A DNA stretch of 64,000 bases from Moniliella sp. 'wahieum' (GCA_003971905.1 RSEE01000045.1:434001-498000), one strand, 5' to 3'. Counted from the first letter of the stretch, positions 13,449-26,374 are shown. Numbers and translations are program-made. Notes: a model not told the origin generated them from the letters alone.

Positions 13449-13799
13449 ATTTTGTTGCTGAAGTATACGAAGGAACGCCACATTGGGCTGTTGTTGACGC
13501 GACAGCGGACGTTGACGCTGACGTTGGGCGCTCGGGCTGAGCGTTGAGCTGACGGGGTAGAGGCAGTGGCGCCGCCAAACTAAACTGCTTGTTGTGTGCG
13601 TCCAATCACATATGATGTCACAGCCACGAATCTTGATATTGATGGTGTTCAACGTATCATGTCCGCACTCAGCGATTTCAGCTAGTAGGTACCAGGACGG
13701 ACTGGAGGGCGCACTCTCCTGAATATGCAGTGCGCCCGCAGACGCGCAAGCGCCTACGGAGGCGACCAGAAGGTCCAGTCAGGCTGTGGTTGTCGCTCG

Positions 13800-14900
13800 T
13801 GCTGACATGTTTTGTTGGCAGACCTCAACTGGTCTTCAAGCTTCAAGAGCTAGTTTCAAGCTTCAGCTCGCGCTTCCCACGCACTGTACCTGTCTCCACT
13901 TGGCAGTTGCCACGTGGGGTGCCAGGCACCCATGCCACCTCCACTCCCAGATCTGTCACAGGTGCATGTCAGCATGCCAGCCGCCAGCCCGCCCCGGGCT
14001 CAGCCTGAACTCCACAGGTCTCCCTCAGGCCCTCAGGCCTCAGGGCGCCAGATTCCAGGCCCTGGGTCGGTTACCGGTTACCTGTTGCGCATTACGCGTT
14101 CCGCGTTACGCGGTTCACGCTCGCATTCAACGTTCAGACGTTCTGGCCTTGCCATGTTATAAGCATTTACACGCGCGACACATATGCGGTGCGACCACCT
14201 ACTATACCTGCCCAGGTCACTGAGTAGTGAGTCCTGATAATTGATAGCCCCGCCAACCTCGGCCGAGATCATCGATCCTCGGCCATTGGTCACCGACCAG
14301 ACCTCTGATATCGGATCTCATCGATCTCAGACCTTCTCAGACTTGTGCTCATGCGCCCGTTCGTCGGATTTGCGCCAGTCTGCGCCACGCTGGCTCAGTG
14401 CTGAGCGATCTCACGCATCATGCATCGTTCCCAGCGCGCCTCACGCTCACCGGCCAGTACTCACCAATCACCGATCATTAACGTCATGTCCAAGTTAACT
14501 TTCGATGACTCTCAGCGCCACGCGCTTTTTGGCCATTCGCGTGTTCGCACGCACTCGGTTCATCGAATCCTGGGCTTCGATACCACACTCCCTCCATGCT
14601 GCCTCGATGCAACTGGGGCTAGTCTCAGTACCAGTACTCTCAGTCTCCGTACCCAGCCCCTCAGGACGCAGTCCAGTAACCTCAGTCTGAGTACTGAGAC
14701 TCAGTTCCTCAGCGCTCCGCCTACAAGCACACATCGCGGGGCGTCTCCGGATCCGCTTTCCACTGCCCCCACGCCCACTTTTCTCCGCCCAGCCGCTAGC
14801 CATTTGTTGTTTGCCGCTGACTAGTCACGGTGACGAGGTAAGCGCTGAGGCTCAGCCTTAGCACTAGCAGTACTGATTATCAGTTCACTATAGTAACCGA
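13800..14900. repeat. Cluster of [TNA][4-bp palindrome] micro-arrays
   Basis: TCA-agct-TCA at 13836, TCA-ggcc-TCA near 14033, TTA-ccgg-TTA at 14071, TTA-cgcg-ttc-cgcg-TTA-cgcg at 14092-14112, TGA-gtac-TGA at 14688-14697. Confidence 0.8.
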
Positions 14901-14930
14901 GCCCCATGTTCAGCGTCCCCTACGGTTTTT

Positions 14931-14936
14931 TATAAA
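14931..14936 (+). promoter_or_regulatory. TATA box of the small MGSCFS gene
   Basis: TATAAA about 90 bp upstream of ATG 15026, followed by a pyrimidine-rich tract. Confidence 0.55.
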
Positions 14937-15025
14937 GTTTCCGGGTCTCTGGTTCTGAGCTCCCCTGACCGACTTACCTCCCCCCCTCCACATCGTTGCT
15001 ACTCAATCTCACTCCATCTCGCTCA

Positions 15026-15327
15026 ATGGTGCGTCTCCCTCCCGCTGCTCGTCGCCGTATCCTATACGTGTTAACATCCCTCTTGCTTCTCCTCAGGGTT
15101 CCTGCTTCTCATCTCCGGAAAAGACCTCTAAGCCTGCGGGCCAGGAGGGCTTGACTCGTACCACCTCTTCCTACCAGGGCAGCAATGCCGATGCTACCCG
15201 CTACTCGGACCGGCCAGATCCTGCTCTGCATGATGGCCACCCCACTGTCGCGCAAGTTGCTAAGACCAACACCCTTGAGGCCCGCGTGAAGCAGGCCGAG
15301 TCTCAGAACCAGGCTCGCGCGGGCTAA
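15026..15327 (+). CDS. 77-aa protein with an N-terminal MGSCFS acylation motif; ATG-only first exon
   Basis: ATG 15026-15028, intron 15029-15096 (GTGCGT..GTTAAC..CTCCTCAG), exon 2 15097-15327 open to TAA: MGSCFSSPEKTSKPAGQEGLTRTTSSYQGSNADATRYSDRPDPALHDGHPTVAQVAKTNTLEARVKQAESQNQARAG. Confidence 0.75.
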
Positions 15328-16697
15328 CCGGGTTTCCATCCCGTGGTACCGTCTTTCACCTTTCCTGGCTCTATGGTTCCTCAATACTGTCGATTCCCTT
15401 CCAGACCTGGCCTGGTCCCCCCCCCCGCTTCCCCCTCCCCCCCCTCCACGCCCAGTTTCCCTCTATATCAACCCTCACTTTTTGAAGGGTGCTCACTCCC
15501 CTGTTCTCCTCACCCCTTCTTGTATATGTTGAGTCCCTTTTCCACTCAAACATGAGGTTACGACCACGATATTCGCCTTGTTTTTCTCGACGGGCACGCC
15601 CAACCTACCACCTTTCTAGACTTCAGTCTCTATATTCAACGGTTCTCAGGGCATACACATGGGATTTTGTTCGATGCCCGTTTCAGCCCGGTGGACTGGT
15701 GTGCGTGTGGGTTGAGCGCTCAAGTTGAGCGTTGAGCTCTGTCGTTCACCTTTTGAACAAAATGTTGACCGCGGACCGCGGTCACGGTGACGTGAGCCTG
15801 AACCGAGTGTATTGAGCACTATAGGTTTGCTACCACCAGCTGTTGGGGGGAATGATAACACCACGCACAGTTTTACTATGTTCTCGAGTGGAGAGTAGGG
15901 GCAGCTCTGTAGGACCACAGCTGAACCTCCTTGCTTCTCCGACTCACTGACTGACGGCGACTGAACACGTCCAAGCTATAGCTCACCAAAAGTCGTTCAA
16001 TTCATACATTCTTTCATCGCATAGGATCCATAGCATCAGCAGAACTTAGCCAAGAAGCGCTGCACCTACCAGGCTCACTCACTTTGGCTTGGGCAGAGGC
16101 AGTTTGTCCCAACCCAATCAAGAAGCCGATAGAGTCTCGTAGGCAGTAGATCTTCTTCATTATGAAGACCTACCGCTTTTTGGCTTCCGTTATGCTCTTC
16201 CAAACCGGCGGATGTATATAGCGCGGGTGGATATCGAGGCGCATGTTGGACATGCGAGCAATGTTAATGAGTCAATCTCCAATGATTCATGAACCTCTTC
16301 GGCCCGTTCTTCCGGCCATCAAACATGTTCTCGACAGGCAAGCATGCCATGGTGTCATTTTGGTACCCCCGCCTCCGGGCCAGCAGGAAGCCCTGGATAC
16401 CTACCGTTCCCAAGGCCGTGATCGATGATCCTGACCAGTGAGGAGGGTGTGCGCCGTTACGTAACAGGATCCACCCTGTTCCCATGCGGAGCAAGCCACT
16501 GCTCGATTGTCAGCGCGTGATCATCGATGAGAGGCACCAGGAAATATTTTAATTCCACCAACCACGAGGCCGATCCGCTTTCCGTGGCGGCGCCGTGTTC
16601 AGTTCAGTCGCCCTTGGCTGGCCATCCCATCAGCGTCTTGCGATCCGGCCATCCTGCACCCCCCCACCAGCTCCCCCCCCGCTGCGGTCCCAGTTGC

Positions 16698-18035
16698 ATG
16701 ACCGACGCTGCAACGCAGGCGGCCGTGCTGGCGTCCTTGGCGGACCTCTTGCCCTTGCTCTTGTCTCCAGACCAACCCGCCATCCCCACCGAACGCAAGG
16801 GCAGCGATCTCCGCTTTCGTCACTCCCTATTGAAGCCCGAGTATGTCGTCTGTCCTCTCCGAGTCTCTGTGATTCGAGCGACACGCACTGACCTCTACCA
16901 GCCCTACTGAGCGGGAAGAATATGTGCGCACCTCCTCCGTGCCCTCGCTGCCTCCGCGACCCGTTCCATCATTAACTGTCGCCATTACTGACCCCCTGAT
17001 GTGTAGTTACTGGGCCATACTCCCGTCTCAGCCGATCCTAAAACCAATTCTCGCATCGCCTCGCTCACCCTTGTGGCACTGTACGACTGGGGGACTGCTC
17101 TGGCAGAGTCCCTGAGCCCCGGGGATCGGAGCAGCGGAAGTTACCTTCCCCGAGCTTGCTTCGCTTGCGTTTCAGTGCCCAACTTGATCGTCTGCTCGCC
17201 GAATCGACGTTCCACTATCCCCCTACCAATGGGAAAACTGATCCAACACCACGCATCTCCATCGTACTAGAGCGAATGCTTGACAAGGAAAAAGATAATT
17301 AATGGCAAGGACAAGGAAACTCCGCTACAAACCTCCGATCATTCCCTCTCCAGTTTCCTCCAGAGCACTGACGATACTGACACCACACAGGCCAACCCCC
17401 ACTCCTACCTGTGTTGGAAGCTCCATTCCATCCGTCTTCCCTCCGAGAACAAGAACGACAAGGCCTGGTTTCCCACCATTGACGAGGCACTGCGGACCAT
17501 TTCCCCTGAGCCCGCCACCGAGGAGGCCATTACCTCCGCGAAGGATTTCTGGGACGGGTTTGATTCCGACCCCCATCCCGACGTGGACTCAACTGAACCT
17601 CCCCGGACCCCGCGCGGTCCTCCTGCCGAAGCCGATGAAGAGTATTGGGCCAAATACGAGAGCGTCGAAACAGCGCTAGGAGACCAGTCCTTCCTCCCTA
17701 AACACGGTAGCCCCACCTCCCCCATGCCCATACCCAAACTCAAAACTTTCCTCCATCTCGCCGGAAGTGAAGCCGGATCGCTGGATCCCCAGCCCCAACC
17801 TGCTATGCACCGCACCACTTCCATCTCTACGTTCCTCTCCACCAGCCCGCGGGGCGATCGGGAGAAACCACCCACCGATGCCTCACTCTCCTTCAAAGAC
17901 GAGCAAGTGGTCGCACTTAAGAGCGTCCTCCGCGGTGCTTGGGGCATGTTCCGCGGCCCAACCACTGCTCCGGACATGGAAAACCGCAAACGTCTTTTCC
18001 TTGAACTGGCTCAGAACATTGTGAACGAACCTTAA
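16698..18035 (+). CDS. Multi-exon hypothetical protein
   Basis: MTDAATQAAVLASLADLLPLLL... with GTATGT..CAG (about 16841-16901) and GTGCGC..TAG (about 16924-17006) introns, then ORF 17280-18035 containing DFWDGF and EEYWAKYESVE. Confidence 0.6.
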
Positions 18036-18282
18036 CCTCTCCCGTCTCTGTCCATTGATTGATTAATCGCATTGCACCGCTGTCCCGCATAATCGGCATC
18101 ATCGCCTGTCGCATAGCGGCTAGAAACGACCACAGTCACGTGATGGGGGCGGAACGACGCGTGGCTGCTAAGTTCCTCGCCTCTTAAACGACGATTGCGA
18201 CTGGGTGATCTACTTTGTCACATCCCTCCACCCAGTACCCACTTCGCTTCGTAGTCTTTGCCCCCCTTGCCCCCTTGTGGTA

Positions 18283-19502
18283 ATGGTCCATCTCCGGCTG
18301 AATGAGAAGGATACGCAACGCAATCCGTATATCAACTTTGTACGTGCCCTCGCCGGGGATGGGACAAGACGAGGCGACCCGGCGCCTGGAACAGATCGCA
18401 GCAGTGTACAAGCCCATCATGGCCGAGTATGGCTTTCGTCTGAACTCGCTGGAGGAGTTTCCCGTCAACCCTGAGTTTGCCGGGCGCAATTGGAATGCAG
18501 GTGAGACGATTGAGCTTGTCTTGCGTACCCGAGACGGAGGATGGGCGCCGTTTATGGCTGTGACCCACGTTATGGCCCACGAGCTCGCTCACATCCTTCA
18601 TGTAGGTCGTCCCCGCGCCTACACCACGAGTCTCTAGCTCCGCTGACCAGCCCAGATGAACCATCTCCCGGCGCATGGACGTTTAACGAGCGAGATTCAG
18701 ACTAAGGTCCGTACTCTTATTCGACAAGGCTACTTTGGCGACGGTACGTAGTATCGATTTCCTCGCTTTGGCATTTACTTTGGTCTAACTTCTCCGTTTG
18801 TATTCCTAGGCTTTTGGTCGGTATGTGACCCTCTATGCTTTCTGTGACTGAGTAGACCGATGACCTAGCTGGCGGTTTGGTAGGCAGGATACCGTCTAAA
18901 GGACCAAACGTCTGTTCCAGGGGATGCCAACCCAGAAGCGATGGTACGAGGGTACGCGAACCATGTATGTGGTGGCGCGCACCGTGGCCGGGGGCGGGGA
19001 AGGGGCGTGCGTGGCCGCGCACGAGGACGGGGCAGGGGAGCTTCCAACCCTCGACCGGCTCCCCCCCGGTCCGATGCGCCCACCAAGCCACCCCCTAAAC
19101 GCAAGAGAGGCTTCCAAGGTCCTACTCTCCGTACTGGGGCACAGACCCCGCCCACCTCCCGCCGAACCACCAAAAAGGCTCGTGCAACGTTACCAGGTAC
19201 GCACGTTCTCCTTGCTCTTTTGTTGGCGATGGTCTAGTTGATACTGAGATATATTGTAGGCAAGGGGCAGCGACTGGATGGGTCGAGCCCAGAACCACCA
19301 AAGGACACACACCCCCAGCACCCAGACCGTTGCGGGCAGAATCGAGCGCGTAGCAGCCATCGAAGCCCGTTTGCAAGCGGGGCAGGCGCAGGAGACCAGT
19401 GCCAATCCTAACCCGGCTTCCTCCGCGCATCTTACCGGTCCCTCTGTTCCGCAGCGCACGTCCGCCCGCGTACTTGAGCACGAGGTGATCGAAATTGACT
19501 AG
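18283..19502 (+). CDS. WLM-domain (Wss1-like) zinc metalloprotease
   Basis: MVHLRLNEK...NPYINF, PIMAEYGFRLNSLEEFPVNPEFAGRNWNAGETIELVLR, VMAHELAHI (HExxH), several short introns, and C-terminal VIEID resembling a SUMO-interacting motif. Confidence 0.85.
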
Positions 19503-19869
19503 GCCATCCAAACAGCCATGAAGCGCAGGGGGCCTAATCAAAAGGTTTATTGCGCTTGTAGGTTTCCAAGCCAAGTAACTATACCTCTATCGTCTTGGAT
19601 AAGAGCTTGGGAAGAACAGTCCATTTTGCTGACGGTTTAGCAAGCTAATCTCTGCGAGCATATGTATCGTGGGCTCAAATGCCTTAAACTGGATCGGATC
19701 GGCTTGTATAGATATACTACTTTTGCCTTGTATGTTGGCTTCCCTATTCTGGATCGAAGTCTGCAGAAGAGGGATGAACTATAGATTGTTGTCACCAAGA
19801 ACACTGAGAACACTTCAATGGAAGCACGCCGCTGTTAGAAAACAACCTACATGAGGAATCTGATGAGAT

Positions 19870-20085
19870 CTAGCGTCCTGATACCTGATGGTCCCCAAGG
19901 GTGAGGCAATCGCACTGGTGGCGGCATTGGTCTAAGCCCACCAGCATCGCTTGTAGAGGAACATCAAGCAGCCAGTCGCCACTAGTACTCGGGTGGGCTA
20001 GGCTGCGCAGCACGGAAACAGAGGCGAGAAAACAAAACGGAACTTTGGCCATAGCACGCGAGCCATCCGCGGTGGCTTTTCGGCC
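19870..20085 (-). repeat. Dispersed repeat family A, copy 1 (inverted relative to the others)
   Basis: Minus strand GCCACCGCGGATGGCTCGCGTG...GGCGACTGGCTGCTTGATGTTCCTCT...GCTTAGACCA...AGTGCGATTG...GGGGACCATCAGG matches 27185-27385 and 40370-40635. Confidence 0.7.
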
Positions 20086-20376
20086 TCGACTACGTAGAGA
20101 ATACCATCATGCCCATTATCGAATGTGGACAGCGCGCGGGGGGGGGCAAGTAGGTGTCAAGATGAATCAGGCTAGAGACGCCTGCTGCTGTTTTACAATC
20201 TGTGTAGCCTGTCTGCTGCGCTCGAATGGAGCGCCACAGCAAGTAACAAGTGGTACCTTACGTAATGCAGTGAAACGTTCACCGTCCGATTTTGCTGGGC
20301 CACCCAGTCGCGACGGGATGGGAATCGGGCTTGATTCTTCCACCACCACTAATCTCCCGCCGCGTCAGGACCCGCC

Positions 20377-23300
20377 ATGGCCGACTCAGCTCCCAAGAAG
20401 GACCCTTTGGTCCTTGTACGCGAGGTGATTCATGCCCGATCCGGCGTGTCCGTCTTGCAGCTCCAGGAGCTGTATGCTGCGTTTGAGGCGCAGCCCGGCG
20501 CCTTGCCCATGCTCCTTCCCAACCTGCTCCCGCTCCTCGACCAGCCCGAGCCGTTGCGGGGCTGGGTCTGAACTACATGGACCTGGCATTTTGCCGCGGA
20601 GTCCTCAAGATGGATGCTCGCCGATCCCGTGCGTGTACTTCTGCATTCTCCTTTTGTGTTCTGACTCTCTCCTGCCAGTCGCCCCGTACGTCATCGACCC
20701 CTGTCTTGTCCTATATCAACGACCCCAATCCTTCGTATGCCAAGACGGCCATTCAGTGCTTTGCCAGCGCCTATCCTTCCATCTTTCAACACTTTATCGT
20801 TGACCCGAGCCAGGTCGCGCGCTGGCCCCTCATTCACGACATTCGCAATCGGCTGCTTGTACTCTTCAACAGCCCCGCAGTCCCTACCGGCACCAAAATC
20901 GCCATTATCAAGGCTTTCCAGCGCATTGTGCTTGTCCAGATTGCCAGCGGCCCAGGAGCTTCCCCAGTGATGTGAACGTGACACACGTCCCTGCAGGACA
21001 CCCAATCCTTAACCCCGTCGATCTTGACTCGGACGCACGCCAGTTGCTTCTCCACTTGGTCCCGTTCATGTTCAGTAGCGATCAGGTGGACCTTGTTATG
21101 GCAACAATGAACACGTTGGCCATGTTGGCGCGCCATCGGCCTTCTCTGGTCGAGCTTGTGAGTCGAGCCTTGATCGATTGGACTCCCGACAAGTTCGTGG
21201 GAAGGTTGGAACAACGCTTTGTCGAAAAGGCACTTCGCACTTTGTATCGTCACATGATCCGCTTCAACGTGGGCGGAGCGGCGTTCAAAGCGCAGTTCCA
21301 GGTTGCACTCGAGGTCCAGGTTCGGCGAGAAGCCGAGGCGGAAAATGCGCTTGCACTGGCCCGCGAAGCTGAGGCCAAGCGCAAGCGTGACGAGCTGGCT
21401 GAGGAGATTGCCATGGCGGCTGGGGCCAAACGGCCCAGGACGGACCCGGAAACCAGTGCCCCTCCCCCTCCCCAGGTCGTCCCCAACGTATCGCCCGCCC
21501 AGGCCGCTCGCGCATTCCAGAGCCAGGACACGAACGAAGCCTTGGCCAATTTTGATGTTACCCAGCTCCCGCTCTCGTGGTTGTCGACCTGGTGATTGCC
21601 AATTTCCATGCTATATCCGAGGCTACGTTGGAGGAGGCCGTGTCCCGCACCCGGGCCAGTCTTTCCAGTGACACCCCGGCACCGCTTGCATTGGAGGACC
21701 CCGCCGTTGAGCTTGCCCCGCATTAGAACACTTTGAATTGGCACCACCCACTGCCTTGCCCCCCGCCCAGGCGTCTGACTTGATGAAGGGTGTTGTAGTC
21801 CGCATGACGAATATTGGTATGGACGAAGTGGCAACACGTCGCCCAGCCAAGGAGGGTGAGAGCAGGGTGTCCCTTCCCACCCTGTACTTTGGAGCTCCCT
21901 CATTTCGTTTGGCCGTACGTGGGTTATATATGCCCCTACGTCCGGGAGCGGGGCAGGACGAAGTGCAAAGGCGGGAGGCAGTACTAAAATACGCCGACCA
22001 ATTGCGTTCCGTTGTCATGCGTATGGTTTTGGAAGACCCTGAACCACGTCTTGAATTGGCCACACGCTGGTTAATGGAGGAGTGGACCTCGGACAACCAG
22101 CGGCGCCATGACGGTTTGGAGGGGAAGTACGAACCCCTGCTGGTTGAGTTGCTGGCTGGGCTGCGGCCCAAGCTCACTTCAGAATCGAAGTGGATTCTCC
22201 CTTTTATTGGAGACTTGCCTGTTCTACCCCCCTCGGCGATGGATCAGCTGGTGGCCTTGGCCAAGGACCGGTCTACTCTTCAGCTCGGGCTTCTTATCCT
22301 CCGGGAGGTGGCCGTTTCTCGCCCTCCCGTACGTCAATATGTGACAAGTCTCCTCCTTTCCCTTACTCGATCCTCCGATGAGCTCCTCCGCCGTGGAGCC
22401 ATCACCACGGTGCGTGTGTGGGTGAACAATGCCAAGCCCCCGTCCCCCCTGGAGACTGTGGTGCTTGCCTATTCCCACCAGTCCCTTGAGTGCCTTACTA
22501 TCGGCGTTAAGGCTGAAGGTGATGACACCATTATCTCTCCTCCCGAGGAGGACGACAAGGATACCACGCCCAGTGTACCTGAGCCTGAAACCAAGAATGA
22601 GGAATCATCAGCTGAAGCTTCCACCGTGAAGATGGAGGACGTGGATGGTGAGCCTAGCGCAGTTGTTCCACCCGAAGGGGCACCGGAACACGAAACACAA
22701 GCGGAAGCAGAGGTTCTCCGGATCCGCAGAGGCAATGGAGCGAGACAGATGTTCTACGCTATCTGGAGTTGACGCTTGCGTTGTGTGTCAAGGTGCCGAG
22801 CCTGCTCGATGACGTGTTTGCAACCTATGTTCACGTTCGTCCCGAGATCCAAACAGCGATGGAAACTCACATACCGGCTGATTGCCTCGATGGGTCCGCA
22901 CCACCCTGTTCTTCTAGAACTGCTTTCCCATTTCCCCGAAGGTGCTGAGGGGCTTGCGCTTACCATTTTCCAAATCATGTTTGACAAGGAAAAGTCGCCC
23001 GCCTTAGTCCAGCTTGTGGTCAAGCTCAGCCAAGAGCGCGTCTTGGATCCACGCTTTTTGCTTCCCATCTTGCCGGAACTCAAAAAAGTACGTCGTGTTT
23101 TGAATTTCTTGATCCCTTTCTGACGGTTTTTTTGTAGCCTGAGGTTCTCCGTCTGCTTCCCCGAGTGGTAAGTTTATTGGACGACGAGTCGACGGCCAGG
23201 GACAACCTTGATGTGATGAAGAAGACGCTTGAGGCGATTGTTGTTCCCCCCGAGGATTCATTTGGCCAAGTCTCGTCGAACCAGCCGCGGAAAGCACGTG

Positions 23301-23815
23301 AAGAGCATGTGACCCCGACTGAGCTCATGGGGATGCTTCATCGCAAAGAGAATGAGATCGGCAAGAAGGCCGCCGCAAGGGCGGTTCAAGTCTGCCTCAA
23401 TATGCCCGACATGTTCCGTGCCGAGGTGTTGGCAGCGACGATGAACCAAATCGTTGAGGAGCCTGTACTGCCTACCATCTTCCTTCGCACGGTCCTCATG
23501 GCAGTGGATAAGTTCCCCTCGCTCAAGGGGTATGTAAGTGGAAACCTACTCTCTCGTCTCATTACCAAGAAGGTCTGGCTTGATCCCATCCTCTGGAAGG
23601 GCTTCATCATTGCCGCCAAAAAGACGGTACCCGGCTCCTACGCCGCCCTGGCCCAGCTGCACAAGGATCAGATGCGGGAGATCGCCGCGCAAGACCCCGA
23701 GTTAAAGGAAGGATTGCGGGACTACTTCGTGAAGAAAACGGGAAACAACCCCAACCGTATGCGCCCCGTCCTGGACCTCTTGGGCCTTGATCCAGACGCG
23801 CCGGCGGCGCAATAA
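20377..23815 (+). CDS. PTA1: Symplekin/Pta1 scaffold of the mRNA 3'-processing complex
   Basis: N-terminal KIAIIKAFQRIVLVQ and MATMNTLAMLARHRP, LATRWLMEEW, and symplekin C-terminal motifs DPRFLLPILPELKK, LPTIFLRTV, LLSRLITKKVWLDPILWKGFI. Intron about 23088-23138, plus frameshifts. Confidence 0.9.
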
Positions 23816-24063
23816 TGGCGCTCAGCCTGAGCTCTGAGCCCTGCTGATGTATGACACATTGAGATATGAGACTGGACTGGAAGTGGGATTGAGAACAGTG
23901 CATCTTTTGGCAAGGATATATCAATTTGTAGTATAAGAATGCACTTGACGCCGTTTGTAGTAGGGACTGAGAGCGAAAGTAAGGCGTGCAAGCAGTTTGT
24001 AGAACGGTCGGGTGTGTTAACGCTACTAATAGTGCATAGGACAAATCTGAATGCACCCTAACT

Positions 24064-24170
24064 GACACTTTAGGGCAGTGGTTACCCCGTTCGCCTGCTA
24101 TGTGTAGCACCTTGCTCCAAGGGCCAGCGAATCCTCTCTGAGGGCGTGAGTTCGAATCTCACAGGTGTCT
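24064..24170 (+). tRNA. tRNA-Ser(GCT) with a 25-nt intron (24101-24125)
   Basis: Acceptor stem GACACTT/AGGTGTC, anticodon stem TTCGC/GCGAA, GCT at 24097-24099, long variable arm, T arm GTGAG TTCGAAT CTCAC, T-run terminator. The intron contains TAGCA, complementary to the anticodon loop. Confidence 0.9.
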
Positions 24171-24664
24171 TTTTTGCCGCGTTTCTACTTTTTGCGATTT
24201 GCACCATGCTTGCTATATACGCCTTGGGAAACCTCAAGAAGTGTGCTGGTTAGATGGGGAATGCTTAATGCAGTGGATGAAGCAATGAAGCGAAGAGCCA
24301 CTGGAGAGCTACTATAGTATTGGCTCGCGTTGTGGCCGGTACTGTAGGGAAAACGCCGGTGGCCAGGCAGGTTAAAACATCGACTCGTCCGCACTTGCGG
24401 GACACGTGCAGTCCATAACGCCGCTTACGAAGGGACGGTTGCCTTTGCAACTCGCTTTCGTTGCCAACCAGGCAAACTATTCCACTATTACACACGCTCT
24501 GCAATCCAGGCCCCCCAAATCGTTTTACGAGAGGTCATAGTGGGTCCAATCTTCATCTAAAAAATGAATCAGTTGCCGTCAACTTGAAAAGGATATACAC
24601 CCAAAAGGTGGGGTGGAGCAACTTAACGGCTGAGACGAAGACCGCGATCGCGAGCAATGAGCGA

Positions 24665-26374
24665 TTAGACCGTCTCTTTGTACACGCATGCTCCACCTGC
24701 CGGTTCTGTAAGTAGCAACGCATCGTTCAGCCCGTCTTGGTCCAACTCTGGGTGGCGTACGGCAAAGTACTCCTCGGTCAGCGCCTTGATTACGGCAGGC
24801 ACCTTGCTTCCAGGGACCAATATGACTGTGGAGCCTCCCCAGCCCGCCTGGCACAGAAATTGTCAGGATTACTTCTCAACATGAAATGGGGTCAACGGAC
24901 GTACCTGTCAAACGAGCGCCGAGAGCGCCGGCCTTGCGCGCAATCGTGGTGACCTGCTCAAGCTCAGGGCAAGAAGCCTGGTAAAAGTCGCGCATCGAGT
25001 AGTGGGATTGATTGATGAGCTCGCCCAGTTCCTTGTAGAGCGTCGCTGCATCGGCCTCTGGGATCTCGCCATTCTCCGCCCGCGACGCCGCGACTTGTAG
25101 GAGGGTAACGAAGCGGAGAGTGCGGAAGGCCTCGTCAAACACGTGCTTGGTGCGCTTGAAAAGGTCAAACTTCTCTGCCTGACAGGGAAGATGGTGAGAA
25201 ATTCTTTGGTGAATGCATCACCTTCATACCCGGTCAACGCCTCCGCCTCGGCCCGCGTCACAGGATCCTTAGGCAAGTGGGGAGAGCGCAACCGATTCGA
25301 AAAACTTGATGCGTGCACCTTCTTCGCCGGCTTCCTTGAGTGCCTCAGCCCGCTCATCCGATGCGACGTACCATAGCTTGTCAACAGAATGGAGCTGGAA
25401 GTACTCGCCCAAATACCATTAAGGGGTGTAGTTGGTAGCAGTAGGAGCGATGCCCAGGGCCTTGCCCAGCGCTCGTGTTGCCATGCGCAGCTCAGCCGTA
25501 CGGAGATTGTAATGAATCGGGCCCGACACCTTCTTATCCGAAGCGACGAGCGTGTTGGCAATCAACCACTTGTACGACTCGGTTTTTTCCGGGCCATGCG
25601 GGGCAAGAATAGGGTGGATCCAAAGGTGCGGCACAAAGCCAATGTGCAGCAAATACCCAGGCCTTCCAAAGATGGAGGCCGACTGGTCCATTCCACCGGA
25701 GCTCACACCTACCAGCCGCTCCGACTCGATAGCCACGTTGGCCATCTCTTTGCGGTCGATAAACTGGCGCACGCCCAGCGCCTCCAGAATCAAAATGCTA
25801 CTCACTGTCGTCATGGCGGCCGAACTGGACAAAACTTGACTCGGGGGGAACCGTGCCATCGACCAAGATGCTGACCCGGACAGGCTTGGGTGTCGTCGCG
25901 GCGGTCGTAGCGGCAGGCAAGTGCGGCACAAGGCCATGGAGAGCCACCTTAAAGTAGTTCGCCCAGCGGTCAGGACCAGAGTTGTGGAGCTGCACATCAG
26001 GCAGGCCTTCTTGCCAGGAAGTGGTAAAGGAAGTGCCCTCAAAACGTGGGGTGACATTGTGGAGAACGAACTCAGTCGTCTGGTTGGGTGGGTGGGGTGG
26101 TATTCTTACTCCACTCAACATGGGTCGCCATGAGGATATCCATCTCAATGGAGGCGGGCAAGACTGAAAATCCCTGGTGGTCAACATGCTCGCCAATCAT
26201 GTTGACGCGCCCAGGGGCGCGTGCGACGAAGTCGGGTTGGGTACCAAACTGGGTTTGGAAAGCTTGGCGGAGAGCGTTCCAGCGCGCCTGTTCGCGGGGA
26301 AGGCGCTCCGCCGAGTAGATGGTGCTGAGCGTGTCGTGCACAGGAATAACGTCGTCGGGGTGTTGCGAGGACAT
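24665..26374 (-). CDS. GAL1: Galactokinase (GHMP kinase)
   Basis: [86 protein letters not shown] (intron about 24904-24853), ending [13 protein letters not shown]. Multiple frameshifts. Confidence 0.92.
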
